This document shows, in pieces, positions 8,635 to 18,052 of a DNA stretch of 58,175 nt (the first letter of the stretch is position 1; each line of letters begins with the position of its first letter). The notes under the pieces are model-generated. The model had not been told where the DNA came from. It was given only the letters and a program-made list of their open reading frames with translations, and made no database searches. Source of the DNA: Candidatus Nealsonbacteria bacterium (GTDB lineage: Bacteria > Patescibacteriota > Minisyncoccia > Minisyncoccales > JAUWAW01); contig JAUWAW010000003.1 in assembly GCA_030601865.1 (NCBI GenBank), positions 1-58,175 on the forward strand. Direction: 5' to 3'. Made by a program: the position numbers and the translations under genes.

Positions 8635-10011
8635 ATGAAGACAGTTTTCCTCAAATCATTATCAGATGTTGCAGGGCTGAAAAAGCTTGTTCAAAGGCCG
8701 GCGGTTCGGCTTGAGACACTGTTTCCAAAAGTGCGAAAAATTTTATTGGACGTGAAAAAGCGCGGCGATGCGGCGGTCAGAGAGTACACCAAAAAATTTG
8801 ACAGAGTAGATTTGGATAACTTCCAAAAAACTAAAACCGTTTCAACTTGGGCCGATCGGCCCAAGTTGAAACAGACTCAGGGATTGGAAAAGGTGTTAAG
8901 AATAGCAGCGGAGAATATAGAAAAGTTTCATAGAAGTCAATTACTAAAAGAAAAGCCAGTTGAAACGGTCAAGGGTATAAAATGCTGGCGGGAATGGCGG
9001 GCAATTGAAAAAGTTGGCTTATACGTACCCAAAGGATTAGTTTCAACTGTTCTAATGTTAGGCATACCAGCTAGAATTGCTGGATGTAAAGAGATTATTA
9101 TGTGTACGTCTCCAGATTCACCCCCACACCAAAGGGGGGCTAACTTTGTCAATTCAGACGCCAAAGGCACCTTGCCCCCCTTATGGTGTGGGGGCAAGCA
9201 AGGCAGGATTGCCCAAGAGATGCTTTTGGCAGCCGAGATTGCGGGTATCACAAAGGTTTTCAAAATTGGAGGCGCCCAGGCAATTGCTGCCATGGCCTAT
9301 GGCACAGAAACCGTGCCAAAAGTTGATAAAATATTTGGCCCAGGTAATCAATATGTCATGGCTGCCAAGATGTTGGTTTCCATTGACCCGGAAGGCGCAG
9401 CCATTGACTTGCCTGCTGGTCCTTCAGAAGTATTGGTTATTGCTGATAGCCAAGCCAATCCCAGTTTTGTGGCTGCTGATTTGCTCTCGCAGGCAGAACA
9501 TGGAGCCGATTCCCAGGTTGTTTTAACAACCAATGCTCAGGATTTAGTCCGTAAAGTAAAAAGCGCCTTGAAACGTCAACTCCTTGACTTGCCAGCAACA
9601 AGAAGAAAACTTGCTGAAAGCACTTTGGAAAACAGCCGTTGTATTATTACAAAAACCATAGATAAAGCCATTGCCTTTGCCAATCATTACGCGCCAGAAC
9701 ATCTTATTCTAAATCTAAAAAACCCTGAAAAATATATTTCTCAAATAAAAAACGCCGGCTCTGTTTTTGTCGGCGAATACACCCCGGAGTCAGTTGGCGA
9801 TTATGCTTCGGGCACTAATCATGTTCTACCCACTTCCGGCTATGCCAGAAGTTATAGCGGGGTTTCAATAGATGGTTTCATTAAAAAAATAACTTTTCAG
9901 AAAATTACTAAAACCGGACTTCAAAACATTGCCCCAACAGTAAAGGCCTTAGCCGACATTGAACAAATGCCGGCCCATAAAAACGCTGTTGTCGTTAGAA
10001 CTATCAAGTAA
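8635..10011 (+). CDS. hisD: histidinol dehydrogenase carrying two in-frame palindromic insertions
   Basis: GGAQAIAAMAYGTETVPKVDKIFGPGN, SQAEHGADSQ, GDYASGTNHVLPT are canonical HisD motifs. There are extra segments relative to the E. coli HisD sequence I recall. Confidence 0.9.
   Translation: MKTVFLKSLSDVAGLKKLVQRPAVRLETLFPKVRKILLDVKKRGDAAVREYTKKFDRVDLDNFQKTKTVSTWADRPKLKQTQGLEKVLRIAAENIEKFHRSQLLKEKPVETVKGIKCWREWRAIEKVGLYVPKGLVSTVLMLGIPARIAGCKEIIMCTSPDSPPHQRGANFVNSDAKGTLPPLWCGGKQGRIAQEMLLAAEIAGITKVFKIGGAQAIAAMAYGTETVPKVDKIFGPGNQYVMAAKMLVSIDPEGAAIDLPAGPSEVLVIADSQANPSFVAADLLSQAEHGADSQVVLTTNAQDLVRKVKSALKRQLLDLPATRRKLAESTLENSRCIITKTIDKAIAFANHYAPEHLILNLKNPEKYISQIKNAGSVFVGEYTPESVGDYASGTNHVLPTSGYARSYSGVSIDGFIKKITFQKITKTGLQNIAPTVKALADIEQMPAHKNAVVVRTIK
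8839..8872. repeat. perfect 34-bp palindrome in-frame in hisD
   Basis: gtttcaacttgggccga|tcggcccaagttgaaac. It encodes VSTWADRPKLKQ. Confidence 0.9.
9121..9194. repeat. inverted-repeat element in-frame in hisD (CCCCCACACC family)
   Basis: Arms cccccacaccaaagggggg (9121-9139) and ccccccttatggtgtggggg (9175-9194). It encodes about 27 extra aa between AGCKEIIMCTSPD and IAQEMLLAAE. Confidence 0.85.
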
Positions 10012-10214
10012 CTGCTAAGTTTGCCTCTTTTTGTTTTTTGCCCTGTGGCAGGAAGATTGTGCCTTCATATAACCCTAGAACAGGGCTGGCCCTCTGAGCT
10101 GTTAGAGTTTATTGCCACTCGTCTCAAGGGAGTCCCCATGGATATAGAGGTAATAGGAAAGATTGATCTGGAAAGGTGAGGCTAGGTCAATAAAAAATAA
10201 GGCGGTATAGCCAA

Positions 10215-10263
10215 GGAGCAGCAATTGACAGGAGGGATATAATTGTTGCTCCAATATTTTTTT
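10215..10263 (+). terminator. intrinsic terminator candidate
   Basis: ggagcagcaatt...aattgttgctcc (12-bp stem, one G-U pair) followed by aatattttttt. Confidence 0.45.
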
Positions 10264-10301
10264 ACATTTGACAGATTTTTTAAAAAAGGTAAATTAGAAT
10301 A

Positions 10302-11201
10302 ATGAGTAATAATCAAAAAATTAAGGACTTGCTGATGGAGTATTTAACTGAAACTACTCAGGAAGTTAGAAAAATAGCGGCCCGAGGTGAGGGCAGGGAG
10401 ATTTTGGGTGACGTTATCAACAGGCCCGAGGATCTTGAGATTGGCATTGATCAGGTGGGTGAGGAAGTTTTAAGAAAACTTTTAAAAAAACATGATGTGA
10501 AAGCAACTGTTTTCTCAGAGCCGGAAAAAAGAGAAATTAAAAATGGTGAACATGGAAAACCAGAGTTTTACGGCTCCATTGATCCTTTTGACGGGTCAAT
10601 GCTTTATCTGCGTGGATTTGAGCATAATTGGTATAGTGTTTTGAGTTTCTTTGATAAACAAAGAAATCCAATTTGCACTGGGGTTTCAGATATTTTAAAT
10701 GAAAAATTTTATCTCTCAGACGAAGAGGGAAACTATTTACTGGATACGAAAAGTGGTAAGAAAAAGCAAATTTTCCCTTCCCGAAGAAAGACATTGACCG
10801 AACCACTAGTGCTGGCAAGTTATGTGATGAGTTCTCAATATTCCTCAAAATTCTTAAATATCTTTGAGGATTTAATGAAGAATATGCACTCCAAGGCCCT
10901 GCTTTATCCCCAGGGCGGTTCGTTTATTTATGCTTATTTGGCTTCGGGCCTGGTTGATGCCTATGTTATGTTTGATGAACCGCGGTCGGAGATAGACCCG
11001 GGTTTTGCCATTGCCAAAAGGGTTGGCTGCCCCATAGTTAGCGTTAATTCAGATGGCAGTTGTGAGGATTATGAGTTTGTGCCCCGCAAACAGCACGACA
11101 AAGTAGGCCTGCTTATCGCTGCGGTCACGCCTGAGCTTAGAGATGCACTAATAAATTATTATGTCAAGAAATATGTCCAAAAATACTCTTTTGGAACTTA
11201 A
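10302..11201 (+). CDS. inositol monophosphatase/FBPase-family phosphatase
   Basis: 299 aa. SIDPFDGS matches the DPxDG(S/T) metal-binding motif, and the overall layout is IMPase-like. Confidence 0.6.
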   Translation: MSNNQKIKDLLMEYLTETTQEVRKIAARGEGREILGDVINRPEDLEIGIDQVGEEVLRKLLKKHDVKATVFSEPEKREIKNGEHGKPEFYGSIDPFDGSMLYLRGFEHNWYSVLSFFDKQRNPICTGVSDILNEKFYLSDEEGNYLLDTKSGKKKQIFPSRRKTLTEPLVLASYVMSSQYSSKFLNIFEDLMKNMHSKALLYPQGGSFIYAYLASGLVDAYVMFDEPRSEIDPGFAIAKRVGCPIVSVNSDGSCEDYEFVPRKQHDKVGLLIAAVTPELRDALINYYVKKYVQKYSFGT

Positions 11202-12102
11202 ACCAATTCAAAAGTTTATTGATGGAGTAGGCCAGGATATAAAGAAATATTTTGGCAAGGATAAGGGATGCATCATCGGAGTTGAAGATGATGGTGTTTT
11301 TTATGGAAAAGGGCTTTATCAGTGGTTCAGCCAAAAAAATAAAGATATAAACTTTACCACTATGGATGATTATGGAAAGGGATTAGAGAAAGATAAGGTT
11401 AAAGGTAGGAAGGTCTTGTTGGTGGATAATGATATTATTACGGGCAAGGCCTATAGAGTGGCTATGAATTCTGTGATGAGGAGGAGAGAGGAATTGAAAA
11501 TAAAAGATATAAAGTTTGCTGTCTTGTGTGATAGAGTGAAAGTAGCCGATTTCTCAGTTGAAGATTATCCCATGCCTTCTTCGTGGAATCTTAAAGATTT
11601 GGATGTAGTGGACCTGGAAATAATAAAAAGTTTATCTCAAGATGGCCGGAAGACGTTTGTGGAGATTGCTAAAGAAACTGGGCTGACGCCAGTGGGTATT
11701 AAAAAGAGAGTGGAAAGATTGATGGAAAAAGAGATATTGAAGATTCAGGCCGCTCTCAATACTGAGAAATTCTATTCTGTTTCAGCTACGGTGGGCGTTG
11801 AGGCCGACCCAAAGACCATTTCCAAATTAATAAAACAATTTGCCAATTGCCCTTTGGTTTATAACTTGGTTAAAGTTTCTGGACATCATAATTTAATCAT
11901 TGATATTATAGCTCCCAATTCAAAGAGAATAAATGACCTGATTGAAAAACAAATCAGGTCAAACACGAAAATAAGGTATTTAGAAGTTGATTTGGGAGAA
12001 TTACCCATTATACCTAAAACCCACTCTTTACTAACTTTTGTTGACAAATCTAAGAAATGTCCCTGCCAGACCAAGTGTAACGAATGTGAGTATTTTTTGT
12101 AA
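11161..12102 (+). CDS. fusion protein: phosphoribosyltransferase-like N-domain, Lrp/AsnC HTH plus ligand domain, Cys-rich tail
   Basis: KVLLVDNDIITGKA (PRT loop), DLEIIKSLSQDGRKTFVEIAKETGLTPVGIKKRVERL (AsnC-type HTH), C-terminal CPCQTKCNEC. The true start is probably a few codons inside the 41-nt overlap. Confidence 0.6.
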   Translation: MSRNMSKNTLLELKPIQKFIDGVGQDIKKYFGKDKGCIIGVEDDGVFYGKGLYQWFSQKNKDINFTTMDDYGKGLEKDKVKGRKVLLVDNDIITGKAYRVAMNSVMRRREELKIKDIKFAVLCDRVKVADFSVEDYPMPSSWNLKDLDVVDLEIIKSLSQDGRKTFVEIAKETGLTPVGIKKRVERLMEKEILKIQAALNTEKFYSVSATVGVEADPKTISKLIKQFANCPLVYNLVKVSGHHNLIIDIIAPNSKRINDLIEKQIRSNTKIRYLEVDLGELPIIPKTHSLLTFVDKSKKCPCQTKCNECEYFL

Positions 12103-12170
12103 AAACCTGCCTCGCTAACGCTCCGCTAGAACCTTGATTCGCTAAGGTATAAATATATAACCTTGAATTA
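12103..12170 (+). repeat. R1 element, copy 3
   Basis: aaaacctgcctcgctaacgctccgctagaaccttgattcgctaaggtataaatatataaccttgaatta. Confidence 0.9.
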
Positions 12171-12222
12171 AGCTCTTTAAAAAAGTGGTGGGGGGTGTGG
12201 AAAACTCCCTAAAATCACCTCC

Positions 12223-12250
12223 TTGACAAACTGTCTTGATATTCTAAAAT
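12223..12250 (+). promoter_or_regulatory. sigma70-like promoter candidate for greA
   Basis: TTGACA (12223-12228), 16-nt spacer, TAAAAT (12245-12250). Confidence 0.4.
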
Positions 12251-12355
12251 AGAATCATTGTTTATGGAAATGTCAGAAAACAAACCAAAAAGGTCAATTT
12301 ACTATATTTTATTAACTATTTTCAGTAATTCCCTTTAGAAAACAAAAGAAATATT

Positions 12356-12865
12356 ATGCCAGCTCACAGTCCATCTATTACTCTTCCGGCCAATGGCTGG
12401 GCCTCGGGACGAAAATTCTATTTAAGTCCAAAAGGTCTTAAAAGAACAAAACAGGAATACGAAAGCTTTAAAAAGCTTAGATTTTTAAAAACCAACAAAG
12501 GAATACCCAATGTTTTAGAATCCGAAGATTTAAATCCTGAATATCTCTCCATACAAGAGGACCTGAGTTTTTTGGAAGTAAGAATTGCTGAAATGGAGCA
12601 TATTCTAAAAAATGTTAAGTTGATTAAGTCCCCCGTCAAAGAAAAACAGGATGTTATTGATTTGGGAGCCAAGGTAAAGGTTAAAGTGCAGGAACAAAAG
12701 CAGAGTTTTGAGATTGTCGGTAGCTTAGAAGCCGATCCTGTTTTGGGTAAGATTTCCAATGACTCACCTGTTGGCAAGGCACTTTTGGGCCATAGAGTTG
12801 GCGATGAGGTAGTTGTTGTTTCCTCTCCTAAAACAATTTATAAGATTAGAAAAATAAAATACTAG
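12356..12865 (+). CDS. greA: transcription elongation factor GreA
   Basis: Coiled-coil N-half and C-terminal GKISNDSPVGKALLGHRVGDEVVV GreA/B signature. The exact start is uncertain. Confidence 0.8.
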   Translation: MPAHSPSITLPANGWASGRKFYLSPKGLKRTKQEYESFKKLRFLKTNKGIPNVLESEDLNPEYLSIQEDLSFLEVRIAEMEHILKNVKLIKSPVKEKQDVIDLGAKVKVKVQEQKQSFEIVGSLEADPVLGKISNDSPVGKALLGHRVGDEVVVVSSPKTIYKIRKIKY

Positions 12866-12931
12866 TTTAAAACATAGATATTTGTTGAGAGTTTTGCTAT
12901 AATAAAACCTAGGAACCTCTGGGTTTTTTAA

Positions 12932-13345
12932 ATGAAAGTTACTATTAAAGCAACCAATATAATCTTAACACCAGAGCTTAGAAGAATGATTGAGGAAAAA
13001 ATCTCTACCTTGGATAAATTTATTCCTCATATTGATACCTTGGTTGAGGCCTGGGTTGAGGTTGGTATTATTAGCCGTCATCACCAGAAAGGCAAAATTT
13101 ATCGGGCTGAGGCCGATGTTCAACTGCCTGGAAGAATTCTCCGCGGTGAAGCAGAAGAGAAGGACCTTTATCTAGCTATTACGCAAGTTAAAGATGAACT
13201 ACAGCGGGAATTGAAAAAATACAAGGGCAAGCAGCAGGCCTTAGATAAAAGAAGAGGTCGCCTGAGCAAGGTTTTAACCCGCCTTTCTCCCTCGGCCTGG
13301 TTCAAACGCAAAAAAGGCGCCAGAATAAGAGACGAAGGAATATAA
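12932..13345 (+). CDS. hpf: ribosome hibernation promoting factor (HPF/RaiA family)
   Basis: MKVTIKATNI..TPELR..IEEKI..LDKF, AEADVQLPG, DLYLAI..V.DEL..ELKK pattern. Confidence 0.8.
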   Translation: MKVTIKATNIILTPELRRMIEEKISTLDKFIPHIDTLVEAWVEVGIISRHHQKGKIYRAEADVQLPGRILRGEAEEKDLYLAITQVKDELQRELKKYKGKQQALDKRRGRLSKVLTRLSPSAWFKRKKGARIRDEGI

Positions 13346-13387
13346 AGAGAATGGTCGGGATAATATCCCGACCAAATTAATTTGAAA

Positions 13388-13909
13388 ATGAACTCAGAAA
13401 TTCTAAAATCAAGGATTCGGTCGGTGGCTGATTGGCCGCAGAAGGGGATTGTTTTTAGGGATATTACCCCGGTTTTAGAGGATGGGGAAGTATTTCAGTT
13501 TTTAATTGATGAAATGGCAAAGTTTTGCCAAGAAGAAGAGATTGATAAAATTATAGGTATTGACGCCCGTGGTTTTATTTTGGCTTCGGTTTTAGCTTAT
13601 AAATTAAAAACTGGGCTAGCCATTGTAAGAAAAAAAGGAAAGCTGCCTTACACAACCATCAGCCAAAAATATACCCTTGAATATGCTTCGGAGACCTTGG
13701 AGATGCACCAAGACGCCGTTAAAAAAGGCGAAAGAATTTTGCTGGTTGATGACCTTTTGGCCACTGGCGGCACTATGAAAGCCACGGTTGATATTGTTAG
13801 AAAACTGGGCGGTACAATCGTGGGCATTTTATTTTTCATTGAACTTAAAAACCTGAAAGGGAGAGAAAAATTAAAGGGATATAAAATAAAATCTTTAGTT
13901 GAATTTTAA
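13388..13909 (+). CDS. apt: adenine phosphoribosyltransferase
   Basis: FRDITP, IDARGF, ILLVDDLLATGGT PRPP loop. The ATG at 13388 is preferred over the TTG at 13382. Confidence 0.9.
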   Translation: MNSEILKSRIRSVADWPQKGIVFRDITPVLEDGEVFQFLIDEMAKFCQEEEIDKIIGIDARGFILASVLAYKLKTGLAIVRKKGKLPYTTISQKYTLEYASETLEMHQDAVKKGERILLVDDLLATGGTMKATVDIVRKLGGTIVGILFFIELKNLKGREKLKGYKIKSLVEF

Positions 13910-14751
13910 TGAAAGTAGCAATTGGTATTATTGGCGGGTCAGGATTTTATGAGTTTTTGGCCGGCGGCGAGGAAATTTCTGTGGAGACGCCTTATGGCAA
14001 GCCCTCGGATAAGATTTTAATTGCTGAATATCAGGGTCAAAAAATTGCCTTTTTAGCGCGGCATGGGAAAAAACACCAATATCCGCCGCATAAAATAAAT
14101 TACCGGGCAAATTTATCTGCTTTTAAGAAATTGGGAGTTAAAAGAATTATTGCTCCCTGCGCTGTTGGTTCCTTGAAAGCAGAAATCAAGCCCGGCGATT
14201 TTGTTATTTGCGACCAATTTATTGATAGGACAAAAAACAGAAAAGACACTTTTTTTGACGGGCCTGCCCGCATTGCTACGCAAAACGTTGCAGGCGGGCC
14301 TAAAGTTGCTCACATATCAATGGTAGAGCCATACTGTCCAGAGTTGAGAAAATTAGCGATGAAGACCTGCCAGAAATTAGGAATTTCTTGCCATCAAAAA
14401 GGCACAGTTGTGATTATTGAAGGCCCTCGTTTTTCCACTAAAGCAGAGTCAAATTTTTATGCCAAAATTGGGGACGTGATAAATATGACCCAATACCCAG
14501 AAGTTAGTTTGGCCCGAGAACTTGAAATGTGCTATTTGAATATCTCTCTGGTCACCGACTACGACACCGGTCTAAAAGATGTCGGGGCTAACATCCTTGA
14601 CAGCATTAAACCGGTGACGGCGCAGGAAGTGCTCAAAACCTTCCAACAAAACACTGAAATTCTCAAAAAACTAATTTTAGAAATTATCAAAAAACTGCCC
14701 GAAACCAGAACCTGCCCCTGCAGCCAAGCATTAAAAAACGCATTTTTGTAA
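13909..14751 (+). CDS. mtnP: S-methyl-5'-thioadenosine phosphorylase
   Basis: IGIIGGSG, FLARHG..H..PPHKINYRAN, GPRFST.AES, INMT, LVTDYD motifs. Confidence 0.85.
   Translation: MKVAIGIIGGSGFYEFLAGGEEISVETPYGKPSDKILIAEYQGQKIAFLARHGKKHQYPPHKINYRANLSAFKKLGVKRIIAPCAVGSLKAEIKPGDFVICDQFIDRTKNRKDTFFDGPARIATQNVAGGPKVAHISMVEPYCPELRKLAMKTCQKLGISCHQKGTVVIIEGPRFSTKAESNFYAKIGDVINMTQYPEVSLARELEMCYLNISLVTDYDTGLKDVGANILDSIKPVTAQEVLKTFQQNTEILKKLILEIIKKLPETRTCPCSQALKNAFL
14261..14300. repeat. imperfect hairpin in-frame in mtnP
   Basis: ggcctgcccgca...tgcaggcgggcc (12-bp stem, one wobble, one mismatch). It encodes PARIATQNVAGGP in a loop that is shorter in the MTAP sequences I recall. Confidence 0.5.
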
Positions 14752-14767
14752 TTTTTGTAATTATTAT

Positions 14768-14806
14768 CTGACATCGAATGTTGACATCGGATGTCAACAG
14801 ACATCT
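14768..14806. repeat. REP2 palindrome cluster (intergenic)
   Basis: ctgacatcgaatgttgacatcggatgtcaacagacatc. Core is TGTTGACATCGGATGTCAACA. Confidence 0.9.
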
Positions 14807-14825
14807 ACCGTCTTTTTGCTTTGAT

Positions 14826-14855
14826 TTGACATTGATTCTGGCTTTGTGGTAAAAT
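14826..14855 (+). promoter_or_regulatory. promoter candidate with extended -10
   Basis: TTGACA (14826-14831), 18-nt spacer, TGgTAAAAT (14847-14855). Confidence 0.35.
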
Positions 14856-15035
14856 AAAATTAAGTACTTTGACATAACCTCCATTTCTAACAAAGGAGGT
14901 GCAGACATAAGGATGAGGCAAAGAGGGCTTATATGGGACACTTGAAGAGGAAAGCCAAGGATTGGCGAGAATACCTTTTTAGATCTGAGAAACGGAAAAG
15001 AGAATCGCAGAAAAGACAAAAAAGGTATTTGAAAC

Positions 15036-15260
15036 AGGGGGGAGACCCCCGCCGCGTATCGAACTAGAGCTGAATAGTTTTGGAATAGTTCTTTGGAGCG
15101 CGGGGAAGCCCAGCTTCCTGGTTAGCTGGAGTGAATAAGTGGCAATCCGGTCAGGTGCCCGGGGAATGCCCTGCCACTGGCTCTGCCCCGGTTCCCTGCG
15201 CTCCCTCATTTACGGCGTATCCTACAAGGCGATGTCAATGACACCGCCTCTTGTTTTTTT
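15036..15260 (+). ncRNA. GC-rich structured region of unknown class ending in an intrinsic terminator, immediately upstream of clpB
   Basis: Local GC is clearly above the surroundings. Pairings: 15095-15105 with 15194-15204, hairpin 15110-15129, 15138-15144 with 15172-15178. Terminator aggcgatgtc-aat-gacaccgcct plus T7 at 15227-15260. Confidence 0.3.
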
Positions 15261-15287
15261 GTGGATTTGTGATATTGTATAGGCAAC

Positions 15288-17993
15288 ATGAACGGTGGTA
15301 ATTTTACACGCAAAGCTCAAGAAGCAATAATGATGGCTCAGTCCTTGGCACGGCAGGCCGGGCAGCAACAGATTGATGCCTTGCATTTACTCTCTGTCTT
15401 GCTTTTCCAGGAAGGGACAGTGGTTTTGAATTTGCTTCAGAAATTGGGCGTGGATATAGAAAATCTTAAACGGAAAGTAGCCGGGGCTTTGCATACCATT
15501 CCCACCGCGACTACTCCCCGAAGTTTTGGCCAGTTTTATTTAACCCAGGATATGGCCAAGGTGCTGGATGGCGCACGACAGGAGTCAATGAAGATGGGCG
15601 ATGAGTTTATTTCAGTGGAGCATCTGTTTTTGGCTTTACTCTCAAGCCAGACCAAAGCCAGAGAGGTCTTGGACAGGGTCTCCTTTTCCCAGGGAGGAGG
15701 AGTTTCTACTTTAGAAACAGGCAAACTTGATTACCAGACCTGTTTGAAAGTGATCTCTCAAATACGAGGAGGAGCCAGAATAACTGACCCTGAGCCAGAA
15801 TCAAAATATCAAGTGGTGCAGAAATATGCGCGCAATTTAACCTTGCTGGCTCGACAGAAGAAGTTAGACCCGGTTATTGGTAGAGAAGATGAAATTCGCC
15901 GCTTAATGCAGGTGCTCAACCGCAGAACAAAAAATAACCCGGTTTTAATTGGCGAGGCCGGCGTGGGCAAAACAGCCATTGTGGAGGGTTTGGCTCAAAA
16001 AATTGTCAAAGGTGATGTGCCTGAGTCCTTAAAGGAAAAAGAGGTTATTGGCTTAGATTTAGGCGCTTTAGTGGCCGGCACCAGATATCGGGGAGAGTTT
16101 GAAGATAGAATAAAGGCCTTCTTAAGAGAGATTCATCAGGCCGCGGGTAAATATGTTTTGTTTATTGACGAGCTGCACACTCTAGTGGGCGCTGGGGCGG
16201 CTGAGGGCGCCATTGATGCTTCCAATCTTTTAAAACCAGCTTTAGCTCGAGGCGAATTAAGAGCCATCGGAGCCACCACCTTAAAAGAATATCAAAAATA
16301 TGTGGAGAGAGACCCAGCTTTAGAAAGAAGATTTCAGCCCATTTATGTTAGCGAGCCCTCGGTTGAGGACACCATGGCCATTTTAAGGGGGATTAAAGAA
16401 AGGTACGAGGTTCATCATGGGGTGAGAATAAAAGATTCTGCCTTAAAAGCAGCTGCTGAATTAGCCAGCCGCTATATCACTGACAGATTTCTGCCTGATA
16501 AAGCCGTGGACTTGATGGATGAAGCCGCCTCGGCCCTAAGATTGGAAATTGAATCAGAACCAGCCCCTTTAGAAGAATTAAAGATGGAAATGCAAAAATT
16601 GGCAATTGAAAAAGAGGCCTTGAAAAAAGAAAATGAACCCCTTAATAAAAAGAGATTACTGGCGCTTAATCGTGCCTTAGCTGATGTTAAAGAAAAGGCC
16701 CAAACCCTGGAATTGAAATGGAAAACAGAAAAAGATTTGATTACCAAGATTAGAGAACTGAAAAAAGAAATTGACCAGCTTTCTTTGCAATCAGAAATTG
16801 CCCAAAGACAGGCCAACCTGCAAAAGGTGGCTGAGATTAAATATGGCCAGATTCCCTCTCTTTTAAAAGAGGTCAGGGAAACAGAGAAGAGGTTGGTTAA
16901 AATTCAGAAAAAGCACCAGATTTTAAAGGAAGAGGTGGGTGAGGAGGATGTGGCTCAGGTTGTTTCTCGCTGGACCGGCATTCCCGTCACCCGCTTGATA
17001 GAGGAAGAGGCCAAAAAATTAAAGAAAATGGAAAGAATTATCATGAAGCGGGTCATTGGCCAGAAAAAGGCCATTGTTGCTGTTTCCAATGCCATTCGCC
17101 GCAACCGGGCTGGCATCTCAGAGGAACAACGACCTATGGGCTCTTTCCTCTTTTTGGGTCCCACCGGTGTGGGCAAAACCGAGACCGCTCGGGCCGTGGC
17201 TGATTTTTTATTCAATGACGAAAATGCCCTGGTGCGGCTGGATATGTCAGAGTATATGGAGCGCCATACTGTTTCTAAGATTATTGGCTCTCCTCCCGGC
17301 TATGTTGGTTATGAGGAGGGAGGTCAACTGACCGAGAAGATGCGACGTCGGCCCTACAGCGTCATTTTACTGGATGAGATTGAAAAAGCCCATCCCGAAG
17401 TTTTTAATATTTTACTGCAAATTATGGAAGATGGGAGATTGACCGATGCCAAGGGCAGGACTGCCTCTTTTAAAAATAGCATTTTGATTATGACCTCTAA
17501 TATTGGCTCAGAATACATTGCTCAAATGGGTTCTTTGGGTTTTTTGGCCGAGAAAGAAGAAACAGCCACGCCCAAGAATTTAAAAGAAAAAGTGTTTGAG
17601 GAGCTGAAAAAGGAGTTTCGGCCAGAGTTTTTAAACAGAATTGATGAAACCATTATTTTTAACTATTTAGGCAAACCAGAGATTAGAAAAATTGTTGAGC
17701 TGGAATTGGCAAAGGTGGGTCAGCGCTTAAAGTCAAAAGAGATGACCATCAGGGTTCCTGAAAAGGCCAAAGAATTTTTGGCTGAAAAGGGCTTTGATAT
17801 CAATTTTGGGGCTCGGCCTTTGAAAAGGGTTATTCAGCGCTTAATTCTTGACCCTCTGGCTCTAAAAATCATTGCAGGCGATGTTAGACAAGGAGACAAT
17901 GTTATGATTGACCTTGAACAAGAGCAGATTATCCTTAGAACTCCCCGCGACATGCTCAGCCAACAAAAGCAACGCGAGCAAGTCACAGTTTAA
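15288..17993 (+). CDS. clpB: ATP-dependent chaperone ClpB
   Basis: 901 aa. Clp N-domain, two AAA+ modules ([16 protein letters not shown], Walker B LFIDELH / [10 protein letters not shown]) and a long coiled-coil middle domain. Confidence 0.95.
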   Translation: MNGGNFTRKAQEAIMMAQSLARQAGQQQIDALHLLSVLLFQEGTVVLNLLQKLGVDIENLKRKVAGALHTIPTATTPRSFGQFYLTQDMAKVLDGARQESMKMGDEFISVEHLFLALLSSQTKAREVLDRVSFSQGGGVSTLETGKLDYQTCLKVISQIRGGARITDPEPESKYQVVQKYARNLTLLARQKKLDPVIGREDEIRRLMQVLNRRTKNNPVLIGEAGVGKTAIVEGLAQKIVKGDVPESLKEKEVIGLDLGALVAGTRYRGEFEDRIKAFLREIHQAAGKYVLFIDELHTLVGAGAAEGAIDASNLLKPALARGELRAIGATTLKEYQKYVERDPALERRFQPIYVSEPSVEDTMAILRGIKERYEVHHGVRIKDSALKAAAELASRYITDRFLPDKAVDLMDEAASALRLEIESEPAPLEELKMEMQKLAIEKEALKKENEPLNKKRLLALNRALADVKEKAQTLELKWKTEKDLITKIRELKKEIDQLSLQSEIAQRQANLQKVAEIKYGQIPSLLKEVRETEKRLVKIQKKHQILKEEVGEEDVAQVVSRWTGIPVTRLIEEEAKKLKKMERIIMKRVIGQKKAIVAVSNAIRRNRAGISEEQRPMGSFLFLGPTGVGKTETARAVADFLFNDENALVRLDMSEYMERHTVSKIIGSPPGYVGYEEGGQLTEKMRRRPYSVILLDEIEKAHPEVFNILLQIMEDGRLTDAKGRTASFKNSILIMTSNIGSEYIAQMGSLGFLAEKEETATPKNLKEKVFEELKKEFRPEFLNRIDETIIFNYLGKPEIRKIVELELAKVGQRLKSKEMTIRVPEKAKEFLAEKGFDINFGARPLKRVIQRLILDPLALKIIAGDVRQGDNVMIDLEQEQIILRTPRDMLSQQKQREQVTV

Positions 17994-18006
17994 ATATTCT
18001 CCCTTA

Positions 18007-18037
18007 CCAAAAAATCGCCTTTCAGGCGATTTTTTGG
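18007..18037. terminator. intrinsic terminator after clpB
   Basis: ccaaaaaatcgcc-tttca-ggcgattttttgg, a perfect 13-bp stem with A/T tracts on both sides. Confidence 0.75.
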
Positions 18038-18052
18038 TAGAATAAAATTAAG

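Noticed and set aside
15128-15180. Partial resemblances to the cobalamin riboswitch (GCCACUGG), the SRP Alu/domain IV (GCAAUCCGG, GGUCAGGU) and RNase P CR-like strings (GAGGAAAGCC at about 14950)
   Set aside because: In each case the remaining obligatory core elements are absent or cannot pair. Examples are the GNRA-closed helix 8 with AGCA, the B12 box, and the RNase P ACAGAA.CCGGCUUA. I left it as unknown class.
14979-15209. 76-aa minus-strand ORF in the clpB upstream region
   Set aside because: It has no RBS, an odd composition, and coincides with the GC-rich stem-rich block. It is better explained as structured RNA or non-coding sequence.
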